NCBI RefSeq assembly: GCF_000181795.1
Contig: NW_003526944.1
Coordinates: 124,001-188,000 of the forward strand
Source of the DNA: Trichinella spiralis
Lineage: Eukaryota
Direction of reading: 5' to 3'
DNA: 64,000 bases
Below the pieces are notes generated by a model that searched no databases, was not told the DNA's origin, and was given only the letters and a program-made list of their open reading frames with translations. Both the position numbers and the translations under genes were made by a program. This document shows positions 48,301 to 64,000 of this stretch, piece by piece; within the stretch, counting starts at the first letter, position 1, and every line of letters begins with the position of its first letter.

Positions 48301-51300
48301 CCGTTTGAATTGCGTCGTATTGTATTGTACTTAACATGAATAATGAAAAATTTACTTTGTAATGGTATTATTGAACAATAATATATTTTTTCAACTATTT
48401 GTGAAAGTAAATAAAGAAATCAGTTTTGAAAAAAATCTGCAAAAAAAGAAACCAGGAAAGGAAACTAAAAGGTATTTATACATCACATTCGCTTATACTG
48501 ATATACAAAGCAGTTGTTTCAGTGAAAAAACTGCAATCTAAAATTAAACCGTTTTAACATTGCCAAAAAACCATTTTCCAAATTTGTCGCTGAAAATTAA
48601 CAAACAAATCACGTGTGCATACCATGTATGTATATGTGCGTATGCTATCACGCTATCAGCGAAGATAGAAAAGGAAAATAAACAGATAATGATGCTTTTG
48701 ACAACAACAACAACAGTAACTTATTGTAATTAGGAAAATTAATATGAAACAAGAGAACAATAACAATTAGAAAGAAAAGCAGTACCGTTTTCGTTGAAAA
48801 ATGAAAAACCAAATTATACAAGTCCAGATGAAATATCGCAAATACTAACTATATCATGAAATGGTTTGTAATTCAGCATGCCATGAAATAAACACGTTTA
48901 ATATGCATAAAAACTTTCCTCTCAGGAAGCGCAGGCAATTAACTATCATTCAACACATCTGACGCAAATGGTAAACATCTCGCTGACAGTTAAACAACAA
49001 GATAGCCGTGCAGATTGGGCAACATCTTGAACTGTAGCGCTATCTGCAAAAGCGACAACTGTTGAAAGCTGGCCAATAACATAAATGCTTTTAAATGACT
49101 CTCGTTTACGCTGAGCAAAGAATGCACATCTGACGAGACAAATTCCAAAATCATCATCTTTCTATTTTAAAAAACAACTTAAATAACTTCTCAATCGTGC
49201 AAGCAAATGTCAATATAGGTAAGCATGTTAATATTATGAATGGTCGTAAAATTGGTTCCTTCTTGTGAAAATTTCTTATTTTTAGAATAACAACGCAGAA
49301 AATATATACAAATATTTTGAAAAAAATGAAGCAATTATCTTTCCTTTAAAAAATTAATCATATTTTGAAAATCTGCCTACAGTATCTGCTGTGTAAAGCG
49401 CGATGTGCAACAGAGAGCAATAATATTTCTTAAATAATCTGCTAATGATGCTATATTTAATAACTTTTTAATTTTTTCAGTTGAATGAACTGAAATTCAT
49501 TGAAGAAATACACTTACTTGAAGGCTGCTTTTAGCACCAACAGCTGCCCAGAAATGACATGGGAATTGATGTGACAGAACAAGAGAAAATTGATGAACAA
49601 AACAACTTATAACATACTCTAAGCATTTTCACCCTTAAAGTAAGATAAAATAAAAGCAAAGCGCCAATACCGGCAGAACCACAAACACAATCGTTATTTA
49701 CTTGATATTCTCTGCTGTTTGTGATAGAAATAAAACTGCACAAATAAGTACAGTCGATGAAAAATCGATATCGACTACGTGCATTTTATTTATCTTGAAA
49801 AAAGTAAATGACGTAAATTAGTAAAAGAGAAACAAACGCAAAAACAAAAATAAAGCATAATTGATGTTACCGAAGCAATAAAGCCATCATCATTTGATTA
49901 AATATGATCGAAGAGAATAAATATTCAGTTCAAAAGTGCATTTCTGACTTTAAAATCAATGTTAAGCTTATGCAAAATTAACAAATGAAAATATATTACG
50001 AATAGAAAACGGAATAAGCATGCTAAAATGCACTCATATTCTTGTTACTGTAGTAAAAAATGAACAAACCGTTTTCTAAATACAGCTATAACTATTTCAA
50101 TTTTACTTTAACAACAAAAAAATGCATGTGTTAATTTTGTTTTAATAATTTTTTCATCTACCGAAAGATATTTCAGCTGATAAAAAGTGTAATAAATACT
50201 GCATCAGGTAAGTTGCAGTTTACAAAATTGCAACCACAGCCATCTATCTGCCTCTTAGTAGGAGGGAGTCTGAGAGACTATACAAAAGCAAGCATGTAAG
50301 ACTGTCTGTGTAAAAATGTTTTATAACATTACTTGAAATCCATTTTTTGTTAGTTAAATCTGAAAAATCTGATCTCATAAAACATTTATGCATTTTCAGA
50401 TAATTAAAAAAATTATCCTAGCTTGCACCTTTCTCAAACTTCTTCAGATTAAGTAACCGTTATTTGCTTGTTGTTAAAACACACAGCAATATCATAATTC
50501 TACCGCATGTGATTCAAAGAGCTAAGGAAAAGCAGTTTCGTTTCACCAGACATTCGAAGAACAACGTCTAAACGCTTTGTTGAAGAGAAAAAACTTTGAA
50601 GAAAAAAATGCATGCAATTCTGATTCCTTGACATTAGAAAATGAAAACAGATTGAGATAGAAGGTTTGCCGATAAAAATCATCCCAAACTGACCACCACT
50701 AAAAGTAATCATACAATTCCATAAAAAATGTAATAAAACACGTTGAATAACAAAATAAATAGTGTTACGTGTAATTTTTCTTGTTCGCCATTCCTCTTAT
50801 GCAAACTTTCTCATTTAACTATTAATTTCCTATTAATGAATATTAATTTCAATTACTGAAAAAACTATAAATTTTGTAAATTGATTTCTAACATTCACTT
50901 GTGTACAACTAAGAGGAAACGGACAAAATTCATTTATGATAAATTATTGATGATGTTCACAGTAAAATTTCATATAAAAATTTTCAAATAAAAACATCTT
51001 TTTGTAAAATATTCAGGTAATAAACAAATACATATATATATATATAATGATAAAATAGCTTCTCTCACATAGGAATAAACTTGATTTTTATCTTTAATTT
51101 TAGAGTGGAGCACCTTTTGGAAAAAGTTTTACATTTGAAAAAGAATTCAAACTCAACAAAACTGACGTTGATTTTTAAGCTACAGTTTTCTTCTGCTTCA
51201 ATCCACCCACACCATCACCCTAACTGAAAAATAAATATTCAATCTGACATACCAGTAACGCCAATGCTGAGCAGGATGTTCAAAACTCGGCCCATAGAGA

Positions 51301-54300
51301 ATTCCGTAATGCAGTGCGAGTACTTGTAAGAAAGAACGTTTGAAGTTGTCCCTTCAAAAGTTCGCAACGCGTAGAAAAATATAAACTGCTTACCAAGCAA
51401 ACATTGCGTTCTTCTCAAAACGCTAAAAGCACTCCAAAATCGTACAGTAAACAACGAAAAGAAAATTGTAAACGGATTGAATTTTTCTACTTCCCAAGCT
51501 TATAATATTAAAGCAAGCTGTTAAAATAAAGCTGATTTAAAAATTTGAAACAAAAAAGCATAGTAAGTGTTATCAATGCGCATCATTAAATTGTGCAATT
51601 CGCAATAATTTCATTAAAAAAATTATACACTTGAAAAAATAAACATTTCAAATCAAATTATTTGAATAAAATGCCCATTCATAATTCAAACATATTAAAC
51701 AACAAAAATAAATAAATAAATAAATAAACTCATATTGGATATCAAATAGTAATAATAAAATTAATTTCGTTTGAAATTATAAATAAATAAATTCAAAATT
51801 ATCCATGCTGTTGATAAACAGGCACTCAACTTTGAATTATGCTGACATGTGAAAAATAAAAAAAAGATAGTAAAAGATTTGCTCAAAAAATGCAATCTAT
51901 GAATAAAAATTAATTATAAAAAATACTACACTTTCAATTATACTATTATATTATTAATTATACTATACTTTCAAGTCAGTGCAATAATTAATGAATAAAT
52001 TTTTTTTCATTTGAAATAACAACTGAAAATAATGACGTGCAGAAAACACTAAATTAATACGAATTAGTTTAAAACTGTGCAAATATGATAACGTTTGACA
52101 CTTTAATTGTGTACCAAATAATGTGAAAACCTCATGAGAAAGCAATCAAAACAGCAGGCCCATATGCATATATATATATATATATAACTTGAACTTTTCC
52201 TGAAATAAGCTTCAACATCACCAACCGTTAACTGTCAATGTGGATAACGTAATTTTTTAATTTCAATTAGAATTAAAGCTTCATGCGCATACATAAATAA
52301 AAATCTTTCCCACTGTACAACAGCAAATAATAGTTTCTGCTGCTGGCAGATTGCCACATGACAAAAATAACAAAAGGTGAGTAAATTCTGCTATAAATTT
52401 CTGTGTTCAGTACGCTCAGTTTGATTGTAGTTTTCTAACAAATTGGATTATTTGCAAACGCAAATATTGATTTGAGCAAAAACGCATCAAATTAAATACA
52501 ATGGTCTTGATTATAATTGATTTGACGGCAAAATACTGGAAGAAACTATAAAAAGCAAACCAACCACTTATATTTGCAAAACTTGCCAACCTACGCATAA
52601 TTCTCGAAAAATAAAGCACAATCTTTAACTATTAGTTGTTTTTTGCCAAATTTCAGCGAGGAAATCAAAAATATTTTCTCGAACATTTTACAAACCTAAA
52701 TTTAGAAAATGCATTTTCTATTGTAGTAATTCGTAATTTTAACTGATTCGAAGAATAACAGATTAAAAAGAAGCAGTCTGAAATGTTTACACTGTAAACA
52801 GCAAAGCAAAAAAACTTTAAAAAATAAAAAAAAACAAAGACTTGAAAAATAAACTAGTGAGCATTGAACATCTTTTTTGTTATTTTAACCTGCTCATCAA
52901 TTAATTTTAGCTACACCGCTGCAGAATACTGTAGTCATCGGAACTTAGCTCAGAAACGAAGATAATGAATGTTTGAAATAAAATTAAAAAAAAATTGAAA
53001 ACAAAACTTTTCACACGTAGTTATTCTGATAATTCAATTTGTTGAACTGTATTTTGGTTGTAAAAAAATACAACTATTTTTCTTAACAAACAACACTCGG
53101 CAGTAGGCAATGTATTTAAGCTGAAGATGTTTCTTCTCATTGGGCGGAAAATAATAAAACTGAAAAATTTAAACTAAAGAAATCGATAAAGCATACCATA
53201 TTAAGAGATTACATTTTGTGTTAGGATAAACATGGCAAATAAAAAACTTAAAAAAAGGATCATGTTATTTTTCTAAGTTCAGCTCATAAAACTAACCGAG
53301 TTTAAGGGCAAAAGAATAGTACTGAACTACCAAACACACACACTGACATGTATATCTATATACTTTTATGAATAGACACATATGCAAATTTGCATATATA
53401 TTAACAGATAGACAGAAAAATAGTTAAACAGTAATAACGGTGATAAAGAGATCCAAGTTGACGATGCATGTATGATAGGAATTTTGTGCAACGCAAAGAA
53501 ATAAGAAAAAAATAGCATCGAATCAGTGGTCAGCAGTAGCTGAAATTTCTGTCTGCCTAATAAAGAACAAATCGTTCAGTTGCTAAAAATAACAATCGGG
53601 TATTCCATTGGCACAATGCCAACGCTTCTTTTCAAGTTCACTCAATAATCATAACTGTTATTGTGGTGTTGAATAAATTTAAAAAAGAAATAAGAAAAAA
53701 AATTCTTTTTTTGAATAAAAAAAGTACACGCACATTCGTAGAAAAATATGAATAATAATTGAAATAAAGAATAGCTTACTTGTGAGAGAGAACAGAACAA
53801 GAAGATGATGAAGTGGAAAAGTGAAATTAGAAGCGGATGAATATGGATTGACAAATTAAAGCGTACAACAAACGTTCTGGCGGCCGAAAATACAACTGAA
53901 CGCGATAAATAAGCAACGAACATGGAAGAAAGAGAGATAAAGAAAAAATTTGCATAATCATCATTTTTACCCAACTAAACAACTGACAAGGGAGGCGTTG
54001 AAGTGCTATTAGAGCAGTTCTTCTCGCCTGGTTTACCCGAGGCTATCAAACAGTTGAACAGAAAGAGAATGAGGGAGGGAGGAAAAGAAAATGGCGGCGG
54101 TCAGCGGCACAGCGGCTAGAAAAAGCTGTACTGCTTCTTTGCACGAGGGCAAGCGTAACCAAGGAAACTGCATAGAAAAATAGATCATATTAATTACGGC
54201 GATCAGATCTGCTTGTGCACATACACTCACTCATACAAGCCGACTAACACCCACGCCAGGACCCACAAAGTCCGCTAAGCTTGTTCAATCGATTTATCCA

Positions 54301-57300
54301 AGCCACACTACTCCTAGTCACTCACTCACTCACTCATTCTGGCCCTTTTACTCCAATGTCAATGTTCTGTCAAAAATTTTCTCTCATTTTCAAACATTCA
54401 TTTCATATTACAACTTTCGCGGCTTTTTTCTATCAATTTCAACCTCCTCTCTCTTTCATAATCATAAATTATTATTCTATCACATCTCGATTCATTTACG
54501 TTCATAGTTCATTCATTCATTCCAAATTAACTAAGCCTTACTACTCTTAGCCAAACACGTTGCAAATAATTGTTTTAAATAATAAAAAATTTTTTTACTA
54601 AGTAAACAAATTAGTTTAATTTCTGAAAACCAGCATTTGGTTGGATTTTCATTAAACTAAAGCATTTTCACTTTTATTTCCTCTCATCTATACTAACGTT
54701 CAACACCTTTAGCCTAACCTGATTGATTATCATTATTTTCATATTATCATATTTCGACTCTATATGAAAATTTTTATCACAGAAACTGAAACACCGAACT
54801 GATAAAACGAATGAATATATATATATATGAACTTTTTCTTACAGCAAGATTTATCATCACAAACAATGTTCATTATTGTTCAACTGCAATATAAAATACT
54901 CTCCCATATTATAAACCCCAGTTTTTATTAGAAAGAAGAATTTATTACAAATAAATTAATTTGAATTTCTACTGAAAATACGCTTACAATGTTGCTTAAT
55001 TTAAAAAATTAACAAACAACAAAATCTATTATTTTTCATTGATCAATGATCACCATCTTTTATCAGTGAAAAATCTGTTTCTATGAAAAAAAACATATTC
55101 TCATTTGTAGCAATGATTTGAAACAAAAAAATTATCAACTTTCCAGATTCTAAACGACTAAATTCACTGACTGAAAACACAAATTTCCATTGATACTGAT
55201 AAGTTACAGTAGTAGTAGTAGTAGTAGTAGTAATAGTGAACTGTGGCCAACAAGTGTCACATTTCCTAGCATTGGCTTATTCAGTTTCCCAGGCGAATGT
55301 ATACCATATTTTCAAAGGAGAACAAGCTTTGACAGCTCAGTGCTGGAGGGATTTATGCTTTCCAACTACAAAGCACCAAAACTCTGCTATCTCTGTTGAA
55401 TGTTCTTATTTTTCTGAATTAGTTCGAATGACTTTTCCAAATGCTGATCAATATTTGTCCTGGCAATTCCATATCCATTTGAGGTTTAGAAACGCTAACC
55501 AGCAAAGCAACTTCGCTAATCACTCTGCACAGCCACATATATTTTAAAAACATACATGGGCACCTTATCATCATCATTTTCATTATAATCATGATCATCA
55601 TTATCATGAGATAATATTCTGATTTTTCATTTTTAACAACACAGTAGGTCAAATATAAATGTGAGTGCTAAATTGTTCCTAATTACTTTTCTCCCATATA
55701 ATTGCTAATGTTGTTTTGAAATAAGGCACAATTGAAAATGAACAATATAAAATATATGCCAGAAAAAGGAAGACACGTAGATAAATAAAATATTCTTACC
55801 TAATAAGAATATGAGGTGATTTTGCTGTAGAAGATTTTTCAAGAAACTTTTGCTTCAATTCTTTCAAGAATCAAACGCTAACTAAAAAAAATAATAATAA
55901 AACAAATCAGATGAAAATTAAATTAAATTTGAAATAATAATTTCAATATTTCTTTTTTGATATTTAAAAATTCAACTGTACTTTAAAAAAAAAGAATATT
56001 ATCAAGAATGAAAAGAAATAAACACATACACACATACACAGAGAGAGAGAGAGAAAGAGAGAGAGTACAGTACAATAGTGAAACGCGAATACATTGAACA
56101 GTTAGTGAAGATTGAACAAATGATTCAATTGAATTGGTTGATTTCATTTTATCTTGCTAAAATATTCGTTTGTTGTATATAGGCAAGCGTATTTGCGATT
56201 TGAAAGCAACAAACAACTTTGCTTATCATCAATGAACAGAAGTTCAATGAGATCTGTTCAGATTGTACAAATGTCACCGGTAACTTCAATATATAATGAT
56301 GATATTCAATTTTGACAACCTGGACAAACATAATTGACGAAACAAACTTTATCAAACATCTATTCAACAGTCACACCGCACGCTTACCATTGCACAATTG
56401 CTGATAATCGGTTTCAAGCTGGCGGCTAGCTTTACCGCGCTTTTACAATAATTTATTAAACAACCACCAGCAATATTTGTTCACTGAGATTTGCTAATTC
56501 TAATGAATTAAAAAAAAGACAAAAAGTAACAAAAAAAAACACTTCTTTTATTATCATCCCCTTCTTCAAAAGCTGCATTCTTCTTCACATTCAAAAATAA
56601 TTCAACTCTAGCTTAAATAAATACAAGACTAGTTTGAAATTTCAAAAGAAAGACTTATCCATTCTCATTCTTCGAAAACAAGTACAGTAAGGATTAAAAA
56701 AGAAATAAAAAACCAACGAACATACACGAATACACACACACACACACGAAAGGGACAGCGAGTGGAAGAGAAATATATTAGAATTGAACAAAAATTATAA
56801 AATTCATTCAAAGCACTTATAGCATCAATTCAATGGAACGCTAGTTTAATTTTCCAGCACAATTTGTTATGCTTTAAAAATAGAAATTGCAAAAACGAAC
56901 TGTCAACAAATTTACAACCTCACCAGTGAAGCTTGTTTGTTTCGCTCGTATTGTGCTAACTGTTATTCATTTTCGATTGCTTTTCATAGGCTACTTATTT
57001 TTAGAGGCTTCGCCGAACAACACCTCGCTTTACACCCACAGAAACAATAAACTGGTCATTTTTGCACTCGGCTGAATTCACTGCCTTCAGTAAAATTAAC
57101 AAATTTGGATATTTAATCAGGCGACATTAATCATCTCTGAGTTCAATGGTCGAAAATACAGTTGCTTCGATGAAATGAATACAAATATTAACAAAAGAAT
57201 TGGAAAATACAATCAATGCACTCGCATAATAAACGAATCGCTGTGAAACAAGTAAAACAAAGATGAAATAATTTTTTTAATAAAAAAAATAACCTATATG

Positions 57301-60300
57301 TTTTAACTTTAACACCCAGCGCTTACGAATGTGAAAAGTATAAAATATGCGTGAATAATTTAAAACAATACTAATCCATTACTATGAAAAATGATAAATT
57401 GATCAAAGTTTGGAAAAAATAATCACATCAGCTTAAAATATGCATGGAAGGAAAGGATTGAAAACGGGCAGTTTAAAAATTTTTTTGTGAAATGTAATGC
57501 TATCAGAGTCGTCATCAAATCACTTCAGGGAATTATTGAAAATGCGTTTAAATTATTTTACTTTTTTTCTCTCATTCAATGAATCTCAGTAGCAAAAAAT
57601 TCCAAAAATAAAAACAACCCAATTATAACAGGGCAATAAGCATCTAATTCTTATTTTTCTACTCAGATTTGTAACAGCAAGAATGATGTTTGATTGCTGT
57701 TCTATTTTTAGTTTAAACTTTGCGTAACCTGATAAAGCAATTTGAAAATATTTCATTCATTAAAAATGTGAACTGTCACAACTAAGAGAAGAAATTCAGT
57801 TTGTCAAGCAAGCGATCTGTGTTTCTTTTGATTAAATTTTGCAAACGAAACGGATTTGAATTTCATTAAGCTGAAATTTAACAAATCTCACTGGAATACC
57901 TGACGCAAATGTGCCTTCCTCAAGCAAGTATCCAGTTCAACCTTCCATCTACATCCTCCCTTATAGTCTTTCTCCCACCCCTCCCCACTATATATATATA
58001 TACAGTGTTGAATACATATTTAATACACCTGCTATATAATTTGTAAAATTTTCATACATTTCACAATTATACTTTTTATTCAGAACAAAAAAGTTTCATA
58101 CAAATTTCACGTCAAATACAGTAGTAACAAATGCCGGATTATTTAATAGAAATTCATATTGTTCATTTTTAATGTATTTATTTTGTTGATCAGACTAACG
58201 TTATATATATGTATAAGAAAACAACGCTCATCTGTTTACTGCCGAACTAAATAGATCTATTTATTCGTATTTGCAACAACAAAGATTATTTAAAATTTTA
58301 TCATTTTAAATATTATTACAAAATAACAAAATTATTTTGTGTGTGTGTGACTAATTAAAAATATTTTCAACAAGTTCAAAATGGTTTTGTGTAATTTCTT
58401 TGAAAACAGATTCTCAGAATAAGCACTGCACCCACTTCAACAAAATCAATAAGCATGTTGGAAAATATTAAAAGAAGCAGCTAATAATCGATTGATTACA
58501 AATAGAAATTATTAAATAGGAGCTGAAGGCGTGTCCTGAAAATCCACGCTGCCCAGCATTTGACAAACAAATATTGAAAAAGTTGCATTTTAGTAGAATT
58601 TATTTTCACAAAATCATAACCAGATAAGTAACAATGATGCTTCAGGGCAAAGAAGACAAACGCAATCCAATCTCTGTGCACGAAACCCGTTCAAAAGCTA
58701 AACAACTGCCAAGATCTAATTTTCTACTCTTTGCCAACGTTTTGCATTATTGCATTTCACTTTTTGACTCTTTTCAAAACATCGTTCCTATTCTGAGCAA
58801 TTAAATCCCATTGAAATAGATAAAAGTGGTATGCTATTTTATGAAATCTGAAAAAACATCTCTCATCTGTAGTTTCTGAAAAAGTCGAAAAAATACATTT
58901 TGAAAAATTATGCTCATCAAAAATTGAATCTCATTCTTACTCTAGCTGAAATGAATAACTACTTATTAATTTGAAAATTTTGCAAAATTGTCAAATTTGG
59001 ACATAGTGCTTGCTTGCTTGATTCTTGCTCTACACAGTCGACCGACCGACTTCAATAGACTATGAACGAACAAGCGAAGCGGCCATTCGCATTTCAAAAA
59101 CCAGCAAACACCTGTTTACCAAAACAAACCATTCTCGACCATTGTCCACAAAAATTCAGTTGTAAACAAATGCATTCATGAAATGTTTAAATTTTAATAC
59201 CAACTCATTTCATACGACCCGGTTCAGTTAAGTAAGCACAGCAAACATATGCACTTGCATAAATAATCTCTAATGTCACAGACGACACAATACAAACAAA
59301 CTGAATCTTTTGCCATAGAGAAAAATGGTATATCAAACTAATAACTCTTCTACTTTTTGTATTTTATCGCTTTCACTAAATCACTAAATCTGACAACAAA
59401 AATCTCATAAGGACAAGTGAGATGGATAAATTATTGCTCCAATATGAGGTTCTGATTGCTGCATTTAATTTCTTCTTCAGTCCTTATATTAATATTATTC
59501 TACTGAATGCCACGTTTCAAAATGATGCATGCTATATTGGAACAAAATGAACTGTACATAATAAATGACCATTTGACAGATTGAGCAGTTCAACAATAAG
59601 AAGAATATTCGTGTGATTCGTGTAATTTGAAATAGTGGAAAGCTAATAACATTGTAACTCAAAAAATAAGTTGAAAAAGTATTACCAGTTACTTTTTAAA
59701 TCCAAGAAAAAGAAGAAATTAATAATCAGGTGAGAACGTGTATAATAATTAATCAATTAGAACAGCTAATTATTCAATAAAAAAGACCCAAAAAAGAAAA
59801 AACGAAGCAGATATTTTGTAAATAAACAATTATAAAAAATGCTTTCAAAAATGAAATAGATATGAAAATAATGAAATTAATGAATAAAACATCTTACCAA
59901 AAATATAAAAAAATGTTGTTTTTTCAATGCAAATGTCGTATTATTGTATTTACTGAGAGTAAGGGGAATTTTGCAATGCCAAGCTGAAGCGTGGTTTTCC
60001 AGTCAGAGCGGTGTTTGTTAGTGGATGTGGAGGCTGTGGTACCACCGATGTGAGCTTTTCTACGAAGCCGTGCGAAAGCTGAGAGGCATCGATTTTCCCG
60101 CTAAATAATAAAATGAAATCGCCATTGACAAGCGCGGGAAATAATCGACGATGACGACAACACAGCACGATCATTTCAGCAAAACGCGAACACAGATAGA
60201 TAGATACATAGATATATAGATAGATAGACTAGCCGCCACGCCGCCTGGCCGCATAGCAAAAGCAATGGGAAAAGCAAAAGCAATGAGAAAAGCAAAAGCA

Positions 60301-63300
60301 ATGATGATGATGATAGTGGTGGTGGTGGTGGTGGTAGTGGCAAAGTGAGATGAAGCCCTGGACAACGCCAACGGCCAAAAAGCTTGCTTGCCGAGAGGCG
60401 GCGTTTCGTCGGCCTTGATGAGAATCTGTTTTTGACGTAAACAACCGACGTGCCAGGCGCTCGACGTGCTCGCCGGACACTGGCCATTAGCAAATTTCGA
60501 CTGGCCAGTCAAAGAAAAAATCAATAGCTGACCAGTTGTAATGCTTGTTTTCCAACACTAGTCAGTCTAGCATCGATTCCACTGCAAGGTCAGAAAACTG
60601 AAAAGCGCTCGCTCTTGCACCATAATAATAACCTCAATGACGAGGTCAACAAACATGACGACAACTAATTTTTTTTTAATTTATTTATTAATTTATCTAT
60701 TTATTTTTGAGCATCCTGAAGCTTACAAACATCCCAAACATGACTCCTCTTTGACATACGCACATATATATATATATATGTTTGTGAGTGTGGGTGGTGG
60801 GTATGCATGTGGTGCATGTTTGTGTGTGTGTGTCCGTATGGATGTTTATATTGAAAGAGAAAAAAAATATGTACAAAAAAACATGCATACGTGTTTACAG
60901 TGCTAGCTTTTAACAAATAAGCATGGAAAGAGGTCGAAAAAGTTCAGCAACCGGTCGAGCGGCTTGTCCTGAAAATGACCGCAACGAAAAACAGACCGAC
61001 TCGGCCAGCGGCCAACAAAATGAACAATGCTGAAAACGACATTGCCGGTACAAACAATAACCGGGCAGATTTAGCGCACGTCGACCAATATCACCACGTT
61101 CACAGTGGTGAGCACGCGTCAAATGACCGATGGCCGGACGCGCAATTATTTCCGACCACCTAAATAAAACCAAGATGGAAAAGCACGACCAAAATAAAAT
61201 GACCACATTCTACAATTTCCCTCTCAACTCGCCAAACATCCTTCCTTCACTACATGCCTGCCTGCATGTGGAATAGGATTTGGAAAATTTGAAAGCAACC
61301 AGCCTAGCAGCCAAATAACAGCAGGCAGTATATTTTGAACAAAGCAACAACGAAACATTAGCTAGCTCAAAAATAATCACTCAGAAATGAAATGTAAAAC
61401 GATCATCAATCAATTGGACAGTTCAGTTGGTAGCAAGCTTGCAATTTTGCATTTGCAATTGATTGACCAGTGTCCATTTGGTGCAATCTTTCAAAAATAA
61501 ACCGAGCAAATTTTTTGGTTCATTTCAGAGCTATGCGCTTGGACAATCCAGAAAACGGCATCAATTTGTACCATTTTGCAATAATACAAATCGGGGCGCG
61601 TGATCGAAGAAGAACAAGAAAGAACGTGATGTGCAAAACTGAATTGAAACATGCTTGAAAATTTAGCCCACGATCTGAAAACTTAACATAAATAATAGCA
61701 TGCAGTTGTGCCAACAAGTACTGGTCATTGGGATGGGTAATGTTGAAACTTTTTTCCAACTCTCTCATTCATCATCATCATCATAAACAATTCTAAAATA
61801 TTAAAATTTCTACACGCTGTGTAAATTAATGCAGCACAATTCAAATACATCACACACACACACCCTTAAAAGAAATATTTCATATTAGTAGAAATATTTA
61901 TTGAAAGAAATAAAATTTTGAAAAAACATTAACATCTGATTATGCAATGCATATATTTATTTATTTATTTATTTATGTATCAATAACCAAAGCCAAAATA
62001 ATAATAATTCCAAATTATTATAATTGGTCAAGATTGTAACCTATTCTCAAAAATGTACATGCATCAATGTACATTATACAAGTACAATAGAAATACAATC
62101 AGTGCAACCTATAAAAGCACTCAACTGTTCCATGAAATTCATTCATTTAAAAATTAAATTCCATATTCACATTGTTAACATGAGGTATGCATTTTTTAAA
62201 ACAAAATTAAAAAAAACATTTTTTCATAAATTAAAAATGAAATGTTTTTTAATAACTATATGTGTATATAAGCACTTGCTCTAAAGAATTGGAACAAGTA
62301 ATTTATAATACAATTCATTTGCATGTGCAATGATAGATGCTTCCAAGTCAGAAATTTATGAAATAAATATGAAAAAGTTGCATTTTCCATTTTCAGTTAA
62401 GCTTAAATTTCACCCAATTGAACTAACTAGCCATTCAACTAGATGCGAACCGCAATTTGAATTGGTCAATTTCATTATCTTTTCCAATTACCAAAAAGTA
62501 TGTGCCTAGGTCTCATTTATCACCACACATCAGAGTAGTACAAAATGTATTGCTTCATCATCTATATATTAATATGAGCCGTTGAATTCAATTTAATAAT
62601 GAATATCGTAAATAAATAAATAAACATATATTATATACGTGTGTGTGTGTGTGTGTGTGTCTGAATTGAAATTGAATTTGAAATTGCAAAATATAAATAT
62701 TTTTCACAAAACTATATTGTTTTCTCAGTTGCTTCTTGTAATAATAATACTAATTAAAATTTCGTATTTAAAAAAATAATTTTTTTATCTATTGCAATTT
62801 ATAAAAAATAAAAGTAAAAAACAAATTTACATAAAGATCTGCGGGAATATGTTTCGTATGTTAAAAGTGAAACAGTAAGCAGTGTGTGCGTTCAGGTTAC
62901 AAGTTGACGTACCGATTTTTGAATGGAATAACTTGAAGAAATTTGCATTGGGATAGAAAATGAGATATATAGAAATGAAAAATGAAAAAAAATTTCTTGC
63001 AAGTGTACTTTTGAGAAGAAAGGTGGAAGTGAAGTAAAAAAAGCATATTATTTATTATTTATGATTATTGCCAAGTTTTACGGAAACGAGTGGCCGAATT
63101 TCGTTGCTACCCAAAGTGTCGTCCACAAGGGTCACGGGCACCGGACAGTCACCCGATGACAGTTCAAAAGATACTGCTTTGCTGGTTTTCATCGACAACA
63201 AATACAAAACAGTGGACAGCTCAGACGGGCGTGTCCTTGGAGGGCGGTCGATTGTAGAGCGCTTATCGGCCGCAACCTTTTGGTAAACAACAACCGTCTG

Positions 63301-63544
63301 AACGCTGGCTGTCCAGCAGTGGACTGCTAGCTAAAAGCTAGAGTGGACTTTTCGCACGGCCGAGCCTGGCCGTGCCTGGCCGTTCGGCCCTCAAAATACA
63401 CAAACATGTTTTTCACAATCCAGCCCCGCAAATGATGAAAAGCAACGCAAATGAACAAACACTGTTGCATCAGCATGGGTGGGTTCAAGAAAACGCAACT
63501 GCCAGCCGCGCCTGGCAAGCCTGACTAAACGATGGTCACCACAG

Positions 63545-63546
<2 letters not shown>

Positions 63547-63592
<46 letters not shown>
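63547..63592. repeat. (TA)n microsatellite
   Basis: Direct reading. Confidence 0.95.
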
Positions 63593-63593
<1 letters not shown>

Positions 63594-64000
63594 CTCGCTA
63601 AAACAACTGACCAGTTTTCACCTTACTCGTCAACAACAAAGATTTGCATGAAACTGGTTGTGCTTAGCACGCAGAAAACTCGTCATCCGTCATCATCACT
63701 TCTCCATTTCTCTCTTATTATATTATATTATTTCTCATTTCTATTCATATTCTTCTTATTTAAACTCTCTCTTTCTCTACCTCTCTACTTGATCAGTATA
63801 GCAAGCATATTTGCATCATCATCAACAACAACAACAACAACAACACATTCCAGAATATCACAATATGTAAAATAAAATAAAATAAAATATACAACACCTC
63901 CTTATATCAGATTTTAAGAAAACCTATTCTCACTTACAGTTCTCGTTCGTTAATCATTGCAAACTGAAATCACAGGCAAACAAAAATTGAACTATTATTC

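Overview
AT-rich, microsatellite-rich eukaryotic DNA with short GT-AG introns and TTTTCAG/TTTTAG acceptors. It looks like a nematode, most plausibly a clade I Trichinella-like genome (inferred from composition and gene style, not from a search). All six recognisable genes are on the minus strand. In transcription order they are a 9-zinc-finger hunchback/hbl-1 gene (CDS ~34696-29255), GPALPP1, ABCC5/mrp-5, an insulin receptor substrate (IRS), TMEM60 and an uncharacterised multi-pass membrane protein. A ~1.2 kb foldback/MITE element lies between hunchback and GPALPP1. The region 35-64 kb has no credible CDS and appears to be hunchback's upstream or intronic regulatory domain. The most interesting signal is post-transcriptional control of hunchback. 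Its ~2 kb 3'UTR holds a tight cluster of lin-4/miR-125 and let-7 seed sites. Two of these share a 20-nt motif whose 3' part does not match let-7 but resembles a miR-241-like sister. A candidate non-coding 5' exon (43397-43034) ends in a let-7-complementary site that would become a perfect 8mer only if spliced to the first coding exon. miRNA and spliced-leader reference sequences are quoted from memory and need verification.
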